64,000 nt of DNA from an uncultured Chroococcidiopsis sp. (GTDB taxonomy: Bacteria; Cyanobacteriota; Cyanobacteriia; Cyanobacteriales; Chroococcidiopsidaceae): assembly GCA_964248365.1 (NCBI GenBank), contig CAXTYC010000014.1, positions 54,464-118,463 on the forward strand, written 5' to 3'. The notes beneath the pieces were generated by a model, which did no database searches, was not told the DNA's origin, and worked only from the letters and a program-made list of their open reading frames with translations. Shown here in pieces: positions 10,645 through 20,014 of this stretch. Position numbers and translations under genes: made by a program. Each line of letters starts with the position of its first letter. The first letter of the stretch is position 1.

Positions 10645-11772
10645 ATGACAAAGGAAACCCGAAAAATTTGTATCATCTTAGGTACTCGTCCAGAAGCGAT
10701 TAAACTTGCCCCAGTGATTCAAGCATTCAAGCTTGCGCCCGCTTTTGACACATTGGTAATTTTGACTGGTCAGCATCGGGAGATGGTTGAACAAGTGATG
10801 CAGCTATTCGAATTGAAAGCAGATCGGGATCTGGAAATCATGCTGCCAAAGCAAACGTTGCATGATATTACTTGTCGAAGTTTACAGGGGTTAGAAACAT
10901 TATTTGAGCAAATACAGCCTTCTTTAGTTTTAGTGCAAGGAGACACTACGACGGCTTTTGCTGCCACTTTAGCCGCGTTTTACCAAAAAATTCCTGTCGG
11001 TCATGTGGAAGCGGGATTAAGAACAGATGACTTGTTTAATCCATATCCAGAGGAAGCCAATCGGCGGCTGATTTCCCAACTATCTCAGTTGCACTTTGCG
11101 CCAACTCTTTTGGCTGCCGAAAATTTACAAAAATCTGGAGTACTAGGAGAAATTCACCAAACTGGTAATACTGTAATCGACGCTTTGCTGTCAGTTGCGA
11201 AGCGCCAGCCAGCTTGTGATATTGATGGTCTGGAATGGGATAAATATCGTGTTTTACTAGCCACAGTCCACAGACGAGAAAACTGGGGGGAACCACTTGA
11301 GGGAATTGCACAAGCATTTTTACAAATATTAAAAGAGTTTCCCGATACAGCTTTGCTATTGCCCTTACATCGTAATCCCGTAGTAAGAGAACCTTTAGAA
11401 AAGCTTTTGGGCAATCATCCGAGAATTTTCTTAACAGATCCATTAGACTACGCCCAACTAGTGGGTGCAATTGGGCGTAGTCACCTGCTACTAACTGATT
11501 CGGGTGGCTTACAAGAAGAAGCACCAAGCTTGGGAAAACCAGTGCTAGTGTTAAGAAAAACAACAGAACGACCAGAGGCTGTTGCTGCTGGTACAGCTAA
11601 ATTAGTAGGAACCGATTGTGAGCAAATTGTTGCTGCTGCAACTGATTTGTTAAGCAATAGAGATAGTTATCAAAAAATGGCAACAGCAATTAATCCTTTT
11701 GGAGATGGTCAGGCGGCAGAGCGAATTCTCAAAATAGTGGAAAATTACTTATATTCACCTGTCCCCTTATAG
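10645..11772 (+). CDS. wecB: UDP-N-acetylglucosamine 2-epimerase (non-hydrolysing)
   Basis: GTRPEAIK, QGDTTT, HVEAGLR, TDSGGLQEEAP, NPFGDG. Confidence 0.96.
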   Translation: MTKETRKICIILGTRPEAIKLAPVIQAFKLAPAFDTLVILTGQHREMVEQVMQLFELKADRDLEIMLPKQTLHDITCRSLQGLETLFEQIQPSLVLVQGDTTTAFAATLAAFYQKIPVGHVEAGLRTDDLFNPYPEEANRRLISQLSQLHFAPTLLAAENLQKSGVLGEIHQTGNTVIDALLSVAKRQPACDIDGLEWDKYRVLLATVHRRENWGEPLEGIAQAFLQILKEFPDTALLLPLHRNPVVREPLEKLLGNHPRIFLTDPLDYAQLVGAIGRSHLLLTDSGGLQEEAPSLGKPVLVLRKTTERPEAVAAGTAKLVGTDCEQIVAAATDLLSNRDSYQKMATAINPFGDGQAAERILKIVENYLYSPVPL

Positions 11773-11918
11773 ATATATTTTCGTTTATCCAAAGACTAGT
11801 TACTCAACAATCAATAAATTAACAAAGTCTATCTTTTGATTGAGTTGATAGCCAATCTTCTTTAAAATGATACAAACTTAAAAATTACTACTAGATTTTC
11901 TCTTGCCCAGGAGCAACC

Positions 11919-12875
11919 ATGAGCAATCGCCCCATCATTCTTGGTATTGTCGGAGACAGCGCAGCTGGCAAAACAACCCTAACTAAAGGAATTGCTCAGG
12001 TACTAGGCGAAGAAAATGTCACGGTCATTTGTACAGACGATTACCATCGCTACGATCGCACTCAAAGAGCAGAACTAGGAATCACAGCTCTACACCCAGA
12101 CTGCAACTACTTGGATATCATGCAACAGCACCTGTCATTACTACGGACAGGACAGCCAATCCTCAAACCAATATATAACCACAAAACTGGTACTTTTGAC
12201 CCGCCAGAGTACATAAAACCTGGTAAATTCGTGATTGTTGAAGGACTACTTGGTTATTCCACCAGGGGCGCACGAGACAGCTACGATGTAAAAGTTTACC
12301 TTGCTCCACCTGAGCATCTCCGTGCTACGTGGAAGATCAAGCGCGATACGATGAAGCGGGGCTACACACCAGAGCAAGTAATGGCGGAATTAGAAAAGCG
12401 GGAACCAGACTCAGAGGCTTACATCCGTCCCCAGCGTCAATGGTCTGACATTGTGGTCAGTTTCTACCCACCTAAAGACGATTCCCAAGAAAGTAATGGA
12501 CACTTGAATGTCCGGCTGGTACTGCGTCCCACAATTCCCCATCCTGATTTTACTGAAATTGTCAAGTGCAATAGTGCTGATTATACATCACCAATCCGCT
12601 TGGATTTAGACAGAGATATGAGCAAGCCCGTCGATGTCCTCGAAGTAGATGGCAATGCGACGAAAGAACACGTGATCCACCTAGAACATAGATTATGTCA
12701 TGAAGTACCGACCTTAATGCCTTTCTGTAACCGAGAAGGTAATCCAGATATAGGTAAGCTGATTGGTACAACTGGAGAAACACTTGAGAGTTATCCCCTA
12801 GCGTTGTCACAGCTATTGATTGCTTATCATATGCTCAAAGCTGCCAATATCCACCAGCCTCGCAACGTTAATTAA
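11919..12875 (+). CDS. Phosphoribulokinase-family protein (probably a secondary paralogue)
   Basis: GDSAAGKTT P-loop, CTDDYHRYDR, KIKRD; lacks the GDSGCGKST of canonical cyanobacterial Prk. Confidence 0.85.
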   Translation: MSNRPIILGIVGDSAAGKTTLTKGIAQVLGEENVTVICTDDYHRYDRTQRAELGITALHPDCNYLDIMQQHLSLLRTGQPILKPIYNHKTGTFDPPEYIKPGKFVIVEGLLGYSTRGARDSYDVKVYLAPPEHLRATWKIKRDTMKRGYTPEQVMAELEKREPDSEAYIRPQRQWSDIVVSFYPPKDDSQESNGHLNVRLVLRPTIPHPDFTEIVKCNSADYTSPIRLDLDRDMSKPVDVLEVDGNATKEHVIHLEHRLCHEVPTLMPFCNREGNPDIGKLIGTTGETLESYPLALSQLLIAYHMLKAANIHQPRNVN

Positions 12876-13029
12876 GCGTAGATCCAGCCTTGCTTCTGGT
12901 GCAAAGAGCGATCGCGCTCAGATCAAGCCAAGGTTGTTCGCCAACATTGAAGCAAATTGAATTGCACAGTGCTTTAATTACATTGTCGGTTGTAATTTAA
13001 ATTCTTACTTTTTTAGCAGCAATTCTCTT

Positions 13030-13317
13030 TTAAAGTGTGCTAACAAATGTAGCCCTTAACTGAGCGAATCTAGCTTGATTTTCAGCAAACTTTGCAGTTA
13101 AAAAGCGCTTTTGTTCAGCCAATTGGGAAGCGGTAGATTTTTTAATAGGGATTTTATCCTTATGATCGCAGACAATTTGCGCCTCGACTTCAAGCTCATT
13201 TTCATGCTCATAATCATTAATACTTTCAATTCCCAAAATTTTCTGCACTACTTCCAAGTTTTTCTGTGCTAGCTCCTGAAGTGCTTTAATCTCCTGAGAA
13301 TTTATGCCTTTAGTCAT
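13030..13317 (-). CDS. Hypothetical protein
   Basis: 95-aa ATG ORF, helical/coiled-coil composition. Confidence 0.5.
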   Translation of the reverse strand: MTKGINSQEIKALQELAQKNLEVVQKILGIESINDYEHENELEVEAQIVCDHKDKIPIKKSTASQLAEQKRFLTAKFAENQARFAQLRATFVSTL

Positions 13318-13479
13318 CTAAATGCCTTATACTTTGTGGTGAAATCACGGTTTAGTAACTGTAAATTTTCTTCATTTACACCCCGAACACATTTGCCATT
13401 AAACTAGAAACTTTGTTTGTACCATAGCGTACATTCATAATTCGTAAGGAAGGGAGTAGGGAGTAGGGGAAAGAGTAAA

Positions 13480-13848
13480 TTCACATATTGCACCAGTTTC
13501 AATAACCGCCCCTTACTTCTTTTTTGGGTTAATAGCTCAAGTCCATTGAAATGGACTGCAACCCAATGTTTAAGCATTTTGGAGCCATAAATTTTAGATT
13601 TTGCGAAAAGTTGAGCTAGGGAGGGTGCGGGGGTTCCCGACCTTGTGGCAACAATCGTGTGGGGTGTCGGTTTGGCTTGCGCCAAACTTTTCAAGACGGA
13701 TTTTGAAATGCTTGCTAGTAAACAGTTTCAGTGGTTCCAAATCTAGCAACAATAAAACCAATTGGTATTAGTCTTCTATAGAAGACTTTGGCTTGAGAGC
13801 CTGCTAATTAATTAGCAGGCGGACTATGGGATAGGTGCAAGATCTAAG
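13480..13848. mobile_element. MITE-like composite with nested REP-like hairpins
   Basis: Terminal IR TCACATATTGCACC / GGTGCAAGATCTAAG; internal hairpins AGTCCATTGAAATGGACT, AGTCTTCTATAGAAGACT, GCCTGCTAATTAATTAGCAGGC, GTTTGGCTTGCGCCAAAC. Confidence 0.6.
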
Positions 13849-13910
13849 TAAAGGTAATTTCTCCTCGGTCACCCCTCTCCCCAAGCCTTCCCCTGCTCTC
13901 ACGCGCGCCC

Positions 13911-14876
13911 CTAGTAAAAGACGGTACGGGTTCTATGACGTGGACGAGCCTTGTATTTGGGTTGTTGACCTCGATTCCAAAGGAAATAGTCTAACTTGAG
14001 AGATGATACTTTATGTCCCATCCTGCGTAATTCTTCTACCATGAGTTCGACAGCATAAACAGCTGATGCGCGGATCTCAATTTCTTCAGGGGAACCTGAC
14101 TCAATTAATTCTCCTGCGTCGATGCGAGAAGCAAGAGATTCTTCATACTGGAGAATGCCATCAAGTCGCAGTACGTGGGGGACAAGATTGTCTGCGAAAA
14201 TTGTTAAGCGTTGCAAATCATTAAAAAAGCCATAACTTTGATTGCCAAGTGCTAAGGATAGATCAGCAGCACACAGTTGAGCGCGTTTGTAAAATGGTAC
14301 TTGCAGGGAATCGTACTGTTCGACATCTTTAAAATAAGGCATTTTCGCCAATAAATGCACTAAACGCTCAGCCGATGATTCAGCTGCATTGACTATGCCG
14401 ACAAATTCTCCTTGAAAGTGAGTAATTAGGTGTTTTCCTAAGTCATTCAAGGCTCTAGCGTAAAGACTCATTAGTTCTCTGACAGGTTCTGTCTTGAGAT
14501 TTTGTTCAAATATTTTGGCACAATCTTGAGGCGTTAGGCGAGTCAGTTGATTAGCACTAAAAGGTCCTTGGATTTCAAATCGCTCTTTCAGGCAAGAAGC
14601 AATAGTAAAGTAGCCTGAGAGGTTAGGGCGTTTGCGAATGTGAGGAAAATAGCCAGAGCCAAAGTTAACTGCACTGAGCGTGAGAATATAGGCTACACTC
14701 TCGTGGGGATGAGACAAATAGTGATAGCGAGGATCGAGCTGGGGTGAGATAGTTTGTTCCACTGGGAAGGACTGGACGTAAGCTGGAATGCGATCGCTCT
14801 TAAGATGAATATGAGTCGCCTGGGCAACTACTTCTTTTGCAGCTGCACGAACCTGGTCTAGTAAACCTAAGTTCAT
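13911..14876 (-). CDS. Queuosine salvage protein (DUF2419 / Qng1-like queuosine-5'-phosphate N-glycosylase)
   Basis: AVNFGSG, PFYKRAQL, LTIFADNLVPHVLR, EIEIRA, LDYFLW motifs. Confidence 0.85.
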   Translation of the reverse strand: MNLGLLDQVRAAAKEVVAQATHIHLKSDRIPAYVQSFPVEQTISPQLDPRYHYLSHPHESVAYILTLSAVNFGSGYFPHIRKRPNLSGYFTIASCLKERFEIQGPFSANQLTRLTPQDCAKIFEQNLKTEPVRELMSLYARALNDLGKHLITHFQGEFVGIVNAAESSAERLVHLLAKMPYFKDVEQYDSLQVPFYKRAQLCAADLSLALGNQSYGFFNDLQRLTIFADNLVPHVLRLDGILQYEESLASRIDAGELIESGSPEEIEIRASAVYAVELMVEELRRMGHKVSSLKLDYFLWNRGQQPKYKARPRHRTRTVFY

Positions 14877-15300
14877 ACCACAATACCCTCAATCCTTAGC
14901 ATCGGCATCTTACACTATTTATCACAACTAACCTAAATGCCTTTTTTTGTGATTCCAGGGGCAAGTTCTTTTGGTAGCTCAAACTTGCCATCGACATCAG
15001 GGTCAAAGGAGTTGAACTTTAAAATAAGCATCCACCTTTAAATCACCATAAATGTGAGGAAATAACTTTTGTGTCTCTAATCCCTTATATTTAATTTCAG
15101 CCCCTACGCGATCGTAGTCAATACAAAGCAGTACTAATTCCTTTTGATTTGCAAAAAATGTATTTGCCACCTTAATTATTTGTAGCGGTGTCGAGCAGTG
15201 GATAAATCCTTCAGATTATAGTGTATCACCAAGATAAGCACAAGTAAGTTTTGCTTTGTCCCATTGTTGCCGCGCTTGTGATGTGTAAGATGAATGACAT

Positions 15301-15455
15301 TTATATTTGTTTCATCACAGGCTTTCCTGTCGAGATAGCTTGCTCGATAATATCTGCTGCACGACTAACTCCACCAGCCTTTTGAATTGCTCGCTGTAGT
15401 CTCAATGCATTCTGCTTAGAACAGTCTTCTGTTAATACGCGCTTTATTAAAATGA
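15301..15455 (-). pseudogene. 3' remnant of an MGT-family glycosyltransferase
   Basis: LIKRVLTED.SKQNALRLQRAIQKAGGVSRAADIIEQAISTGKPV resembles the GT1/MGT C-terminus; 5' part missing. Confidence 0.65.
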
Positions 15456-15516
15456 CGCAATGACCGCGTCGCTGTAATTCTCTTTCTAAAGCACACATCG
15501 GGTATCATCAAAGTTA

Positions 15517-15662
15517 TAGAAAATTTTGCCCTTTTCTCTATACCTGGGTTTTGAGGACTTAGCCCACGAACTATGTGGGGGAAAAGGAGCGGTTTATTAT
15601 CAATAAACCATGTTTTTGACAAAGAATACCGCTCCTTTTCCCCAAGGGGGCAAAATTTTCTA
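15517..15662. repeat. Nested inverted repeat (possible IS/MITE end remnant)
   Basis: TAGAAAATTTTGCCC (15517-31) / GGGCAAAATTTTCTA (15648-62) and GGGGAAAAGGAGCGGT (15578-93) / ACCGCTCCTTTTCCCC (15628-43). Confidence 0.7.
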
Positions 15663-15788
15663 CAGGTTTCTCCCCAGGGTTGAGATGACCAATTACTGCG
15701 GGACAGATAATACCAAAATGAGTCATATCGATTTTGGGGACCATAGATTTTGGATTCTAGATTAGATCTACACTAGTTAATACCAGAT

Positions 15789-16595
15789 TTACTGGAGTTT
15801 CTGAAACTTCTCTAAAGCTGCAACCATCGTGGGGGGCCAGCGGCGGATATTTGCTACCCAGTTGAGGTCTTTATAACGGTTGTCTAGTCCGACAGCTGCT
15901 ACCCAATTACTTTCTGCTTCGCCTCTTTTTCCTTGTTCCCAAAGGGCAGCAGTCAGAGCAGCTCGGACATCTGCAAATTGGGGATATTTACGAATAATAT
16001 TCCGCATCTGGTGAATTGCTTCGTCTTTTTGACCTGTTTGATAAAGGGCAAGAGCGTAGTTAGCACGGGCAAAGGCAAAATTGGGAGCAACGTCAGCTGA
16101 TTTTTTGTAGTCTGCGATCGCCAGATCCCAATCTCCCATCCCTGCTTCGGCATTTCCCCGATTGTTGTATGCCATTGCGTCTTTGGGGTCAAGTTCTAGC
16201 ACATGATTGTAATCTGCGATCGCCAGATCCCATTTCCCTAATCCCTCCAAAGCAGTACCACGATTTAAATAAGGATCGGTGACATTAGGGGCAAGTGTGA
16301 TCGCTTTGTTATAGTCAGCGATCGCCTCTTCTAGTTTGTTCTGACTCACCTTGGCATTACCTCTGTTGCTCCAAATAGCCGGATTCTCAGGATATTGCTC
16401 AATAATTTTTGTCCAGTAATCTTCAGCTTTAGCAAAATTTCCTTCATTTGTCAAGCTAAAGGCAGTGTCTGCTAATTCATCTATTTGTTGCAATTGCTCT
16501 GCACTCACAATAGTGGGCTGAGCCAGTGCGAGCGCACTCTCGACCCACCCGAACGTAAGCAAGACGCTTAATAAAATTACAATTACTCGCATCAT
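15789..16595 (-). CDS. Tetratricopeptide repeat protein with signal peptide
   Basis: Repeated WSNRGNA/YLNRGTA/YNNRGNA TPR units. Confidence 0.9.
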   Translation of the reverse strand: MMRVIVILLSVLLTFGWVESALALAQPTIVSAEQLQQIDELADTAFSLTNEGNFAKAEDYWTKIIEQYPENPAIWSNRGNAKVSQNKLEEAIADYNKAITLAPNVTDPYLNRGTALEGLGKWDLAIADYNHVLELDPKDAMAYNNRGNAEAGMGDWDLAIADYKKSADVAPNFAFARANYALALYQTGQKDEAIHQMRNIIRKYPQFADVRAALTAALWEQGKRGEAESNWVAAVGLDNRYKDLNWVANIRRWPPTMVAALEKFQKLQ

Positions 16596-16799
16596 AGGAA
16601 AATGAGTAATGGTCAATGGTCAATGGTCAAGGTTAATGGATGATGGAACCATTAACTATTAACTATTACCAACTACCAACTACCAACTACCAACTACCAA
16701 CTACCAATTCATCCTCCATCCTACCCAACGGGTGCAGCTAGACGCTACGCTACACTAACCCCTTCGCTCCTCGCGCTCGCGCTCGTGTTCACCTACATC

Positions 16800-17927
16800 C
16801 TACCCTTGGGGAACGCTTCGCGTACATCCTTCAAACTTTATAGTCAACTGTTGATTGGGAGGATTGAAACCTAGGTGCTTGTATGCTGATGGGGTAGCAA
16901 TGCGACCGCGTGGTGTCCGTTGGAGATAGCCTATTTGCATTAGGTAAGGCTCATAAACTTCCTCAATCGTTTGGATATCTTCACCTGTTGCAGCAGCCAT
17001 TGTCTCTATACCTACAGGACCACCACCAAACTGTTCGATCATGACACTGAGCATGCGCCTATCTGTCCAATCCAAGCCGCACGGATCTACCTGAAACAAT
17101 TCCAGTGCTGCTGCTGCTACTTCTTGAGTAATTACTCCTGTTGCTTTGACTTCTGTATAGTCCCGCACTCGTTTAAGCAATCGATTAGCAATCCGAGGCG
17201 TTCCTCTAGAGCGACGGGCAATTTCCAAAGCACCATCTGAGGTAATTGGTGTTTGCAATAACCCAGCGGTACGTAGGACAACTAGAATCAATTCGTCAGG
17301 CTCATAAAAACGTAATCTTTGAATTGAACCAAAGCGATCGCGCAACGGTGAAGATAATGCCCCCACCCTTGTCGTTGCACCTACTAAAGTATACTTTGGC
17401 AGCGGCAAACTGCGAGTTTTAGCACTAGAACCCTTGCCAATCGTAATATCCAAGCGGTAATCTTCCATTGCTGGGTAGAGGATTTCCTCTGTCATCCGAG
17501 ACAGGCGATGGATTTCATCGATAAACAAAATATCCCCAGGCTTCAGACTCACCAATAATCCCACAATATCCCTTGGACGTTCTAGGGCTGGCGCACTGGT
17601 AATTTTACAGTTTACCCCCATCTCGGATGCCAAAATTAACGCCATCGTAGTTTTTCCTAACCCAGGCGGACCATACAGCAGCAGATGATCGAGTGTTTCA
17701 CCTCTTGCTTTAGCTGCTTTAATGGCGATTTCTAACACTTCCTTGAGGTCTTTTTGCCCAATATAATCAGCAAAGCTTTGGGGTCTGATGCTTTGTTCAA
17801 GCTTACCTTGCTCATCTAGCTCTGCTTGGGGTTGCAGCAAATCTGATTGGGGAAGAACGCCATCGACCTTTTGTTTGCTTTCTTTTTGGGGTTCTTGCGG
17901 CTGTTTTTTAGAGGAGATGATTGCCAT
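16800..17927 (-). CDS. ruvB: Holliday junction branch migration helicase RuvB
   Basis: [38 protein letters not shown]. Confidence 0.98.
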   Translation of the reverse strand: MAIISSKKQPQEPQKESKQKVDGVLPQSDLLQPQAELDEQGKLEQSIRPQSFADYIGQKDLKEVLEIAIKAAKARGETLDHLLLYGPPGLGKTTMALILASEMGVNCKITSAPALERPRDIVGLLVSLKPGDILFIDEIHRLSRMTEEILYPAMEDYRLDITIGKGSSAKTRSLPLPKYTLVGATTRVGALSSPLRDRFGSIQRLRFYEPDELILVVLRTAGLLQTPITSDGALEIARRSRGTPRIANRLLKRVRDYTEVKATGVITQEVAAAALELFQVDPCGLDWTDRRMLSVMIEQFGGGPVGIETMAAATGEDIQTIEEVYEPYLMQIGYLQRTPRGRIATPSAYKHLGFNPPNQQLTIKFEGCTRSVPQG

Positions 17928-17990
17928 GAATCAGTTAGTTCCAGTATTTAGATATAATCTCTGGAGTCATCAGGAGCGCAAAAATTAATC

Positions 17991-18764
17991 ATGCTAGCTA
18001 AGAGGATCTTACCTTGCTTGGATGTGAAAGCGGGGCGGGTGGTTAAAGGTGTTAACTTTGTCAATCTTCAGGATGCAGGCGATCCGGTAGAGTTGGCAAA
18101 AGTATATAACTCGGCGGGGGCTGATGAGTTAGTCTTTTTGGATATTACAGCAACCCACGAAGACCGTGACATTATCATCGATGTAGTTTATCGCACAGCC
18201 GAGCAAGTGTTTATTCCCCTCACTGTAGGTGGTGGAATTCAATCCTTAGAACAAATTAAAAATTTGTTAAGAGCAGGAGCGGATAAAGTAAGCATTAATT
18301 CTGCTGCTGTGCGCCAACCAGACTTAATTAATCGGGCAAGCGATCGCTTTGGCAATCAATGTATAGTTGTAGCTATCGATGCGCGACGGCGGCACGATCC
18401 TACTAATCCTGGTTGGGATGTCTATGTGCGAGGTGGACGCGAAAACACAGGTTTGGATGCCCTACTCTGGGCTAAAGAAGTAGCTGTTCGTGGTGCTGGC
18501 GAGTTGCTAGTTACAAGTATGGATGCGGATGGTACACAATCCGGTTATGACTTGGAATTAACGAGGGCGATCGCAAATTCTGTCGAAATCCCAGTTATTG
18601 CCTCTGGTGGTGCTGGCAACTGTGAACATATCCACGCTGCCCTAACCCAAGGCAAAGCAGAAGCTGCCCTACTAGCCTCACTTTTACATTATGGACAATT
18701 AAGCGTCGGGCAAATTAAAACCTATCTGAGCGATCGCGCTTGTCCAGTCCGGCAAATCTCGTAG
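17991..18764 (+). CDS. hisF: Imidazole glycerol phosphate synthase subunit HisF
   Basis: [38 protein letters not shown]. Confidence 0.98.
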   Translation: MLAKRILPCLDVKAGRVVKGVNFVNLQDAGDPVELAKVYNSAGADELVFLDITATHEDRDIIIDVVYRTAEQVFIPLTVGGGIQSLEQIKNLLRAGADKVSINSAAVRQPDLINRASDRFGNQCIVVAIDARRRHDPTNPGWDVYVRGGRENTGLDALLWAKEVAVRGAGELLVTSMDADGTQSGYDLELTRAIANSVEIPVIASGGAGNCEHIHAALTQGKAEAALLASLLHYGQLSVGQIKTYLSDRACPVRQIS

Positions 18765-18871
18765 TATTAAGAATTCAGATTACTGTATCAGGAAAAACTT
18801 AATCTTAAATTAAGCACTATTTTATGAGAGAGAGTTAAGATATATGAAATATGTTTTAATTTTTTTTAAAA

Positions 18872-19063
18872 ATGCTGACATTTATTCTAGTTTTTGATGT
18901 GGCTTTGGTGGCTTGGTCACTGCACCTAATGGAAGAAGCTTTCGCAAGCAAACAATTCTCTCATATGCTGGCTGGTTGTCTTGTGGCTGCCAGTGCTGCT
19001 GCTATGCTAGTAGTCTACTTCTTGATGAATAACTGTATGAGCTATTTGCTGCATGGGTATTAG
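18872..19063 (+). CDS. Small hydrophobic hypothetical protein
   Basis: 63-aa ATG ORF with two hydrophobic segments. Confidence 0.6.
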   Translation: MLTFILVFDVALVAWSLHLMEEAFASKQFSHMLAGCLVAASAAAMLVVYFLMNNCMSYLLHGY

Positions 19064-19076
19064 CAGCTTTTGGGGA

Positions 19077-19106
19077 TTGACTGATTTACAAACAAGAAGC
19101 TATAAT
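19077..19106 (+). promoter_or_regulatory. Sigma70-type promoter of tRNA-Ala
   Basis: TTGACT-18 bp-TATAAT ending 13 bp upstream of the tRNA. Confidence 0.7.
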
Positions 19107-19119
19107 AGTATACGCTCAA

Positions 19120-19192
19120 GGGGTTATAGCTCAGTTGGTAGAGCACTACAATGGCATTGTAGGGGTCAGCGGTTCGAATCCGCTTAGCTCCA
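19120..19192 (+). tRNA. tRNA-Ala (GGC)
   Basis: GGGGTTATAGCTCAGTTGGTAGAGC..., anticodon arm CTACA-atGGCat-TGTAG, T-arm GGTTCGAATCC, G3.U70 pair; CCA not encoded. Confidence 0.97.
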
Positions 19193-19223
19193 TAAAATAT
19201 TTATCTTTAGCTGGCGCGCTGTT

Positions 19224-19803
19224 TGTGACTTAACCCATAAAATTGCCGCTTTGGCATGGTTATCGTTCCATTTAAGCGTGGCAAACTTATGGTTCCAGTC
19301 CAAGCTCATGCCTAGCTTCGCGTAAAGCAGTTCGGACTTTCTTGGAGCAAAAGTATTCAGGTTTGGAGATTAGTTGTGAGACAAGAGCTTCAATTGGATA
19401 TTTGCCTTCGTTATGTAGTCTAAATACGATCTGTCGCACTTCAAGGCAGTATTGCTCTATTGTTTCTTGATGGTAATGTTTCTGATAAAAGAGAACAAGG
19501 TTCTTTAACTAGACAGGTAGCAAAACTACACAATAGACTCAATGAAGAAATAAAAAGGACGGATTCCCTAGAAATGCAACTGGCAGAACTGAATCGCATA
19601 CTGGCTGTTTTCTTAGGGCGGCTGAAGTAAAATAATAATATATACTCGTGGCAAGTTTATGGTTCTATTTTGTACTTGCGGCAAGCTTATGGTTCATTTC
19701 TATAGAATTCTTTTAACGAAGTCTGAACGAGAAAAGGAGCTTTTAAACTCATTTTTGGCAAAGTTATGGTTCCTGTAGCGGCAATCTTATCGGTAAAGTC
19801 ACA
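19224..19803. mobile_element. Non-autonomous (internally deleted) Tn7-like element at tRNA-Ala
   Basis: Ends TGTGACTTAACCCATAAAATTGCCG and (rev. comp.) TGTGACTTTACCGATAAGATTGCCG; 5-bp TSD CTGTT (19219-23 and 19804-08); seven GAACCATAAnnTTGCC-like repeats. Confidence 0.9.
19287..19500 (-). pseudogene. 3' remnant of a probable TniQ/TnsD target selector
   Basis: Reads ...IEQYCLEVRQIVFRLHNEGKYPIEALVSQLISKPEYFCSKKVRTALREARHELGLEP*, resembling C-termini of cyanobacterial TniQ/TnsD; the stop codon lies inside a TnsB-type site. Confidence 0.65.
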
Positions 19804-20014
19804 CTGTTAGCATTTAGCTGTTAGCCCAGCCGTGTAGCGAGATTTCTAGCTTCCCTTGTGTCTTTAATACTTATTAGTCAATTGTGTTGCTACTGGCGCT
19901 CTAGCTAATCGCGCGCCAGCTAACAGCGCGCCCGCTCTTTCTGAGGAAATAAATGCTTTGATCAACCCGAATATTCACAATAAGATCACAAAATAAGCGC
20001 GATCAAGATACCAA

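Noticed and set aside
13404..13694. 96-aa ORF and CRISPR-leader-like appearance
   Set aside because: It lies in nested repeats, starts at TTG, and no array or cas gene is adjacent.
14933..15031. 32-aa minus-strand ORF upstream of the queuosine salvage gene
   Set aside because: It has a weak RBS but no recognisable motif and cannot be distinguished from a gene remnant or chance.
19640..19800. TGGCAAnnTTATGGTTC repeats as a mini CRISPR array or iterons
   Set aside because: Short and irregularly spaced; better explained as TnsB-type sites given the TGT/ACA ends and the TSD.
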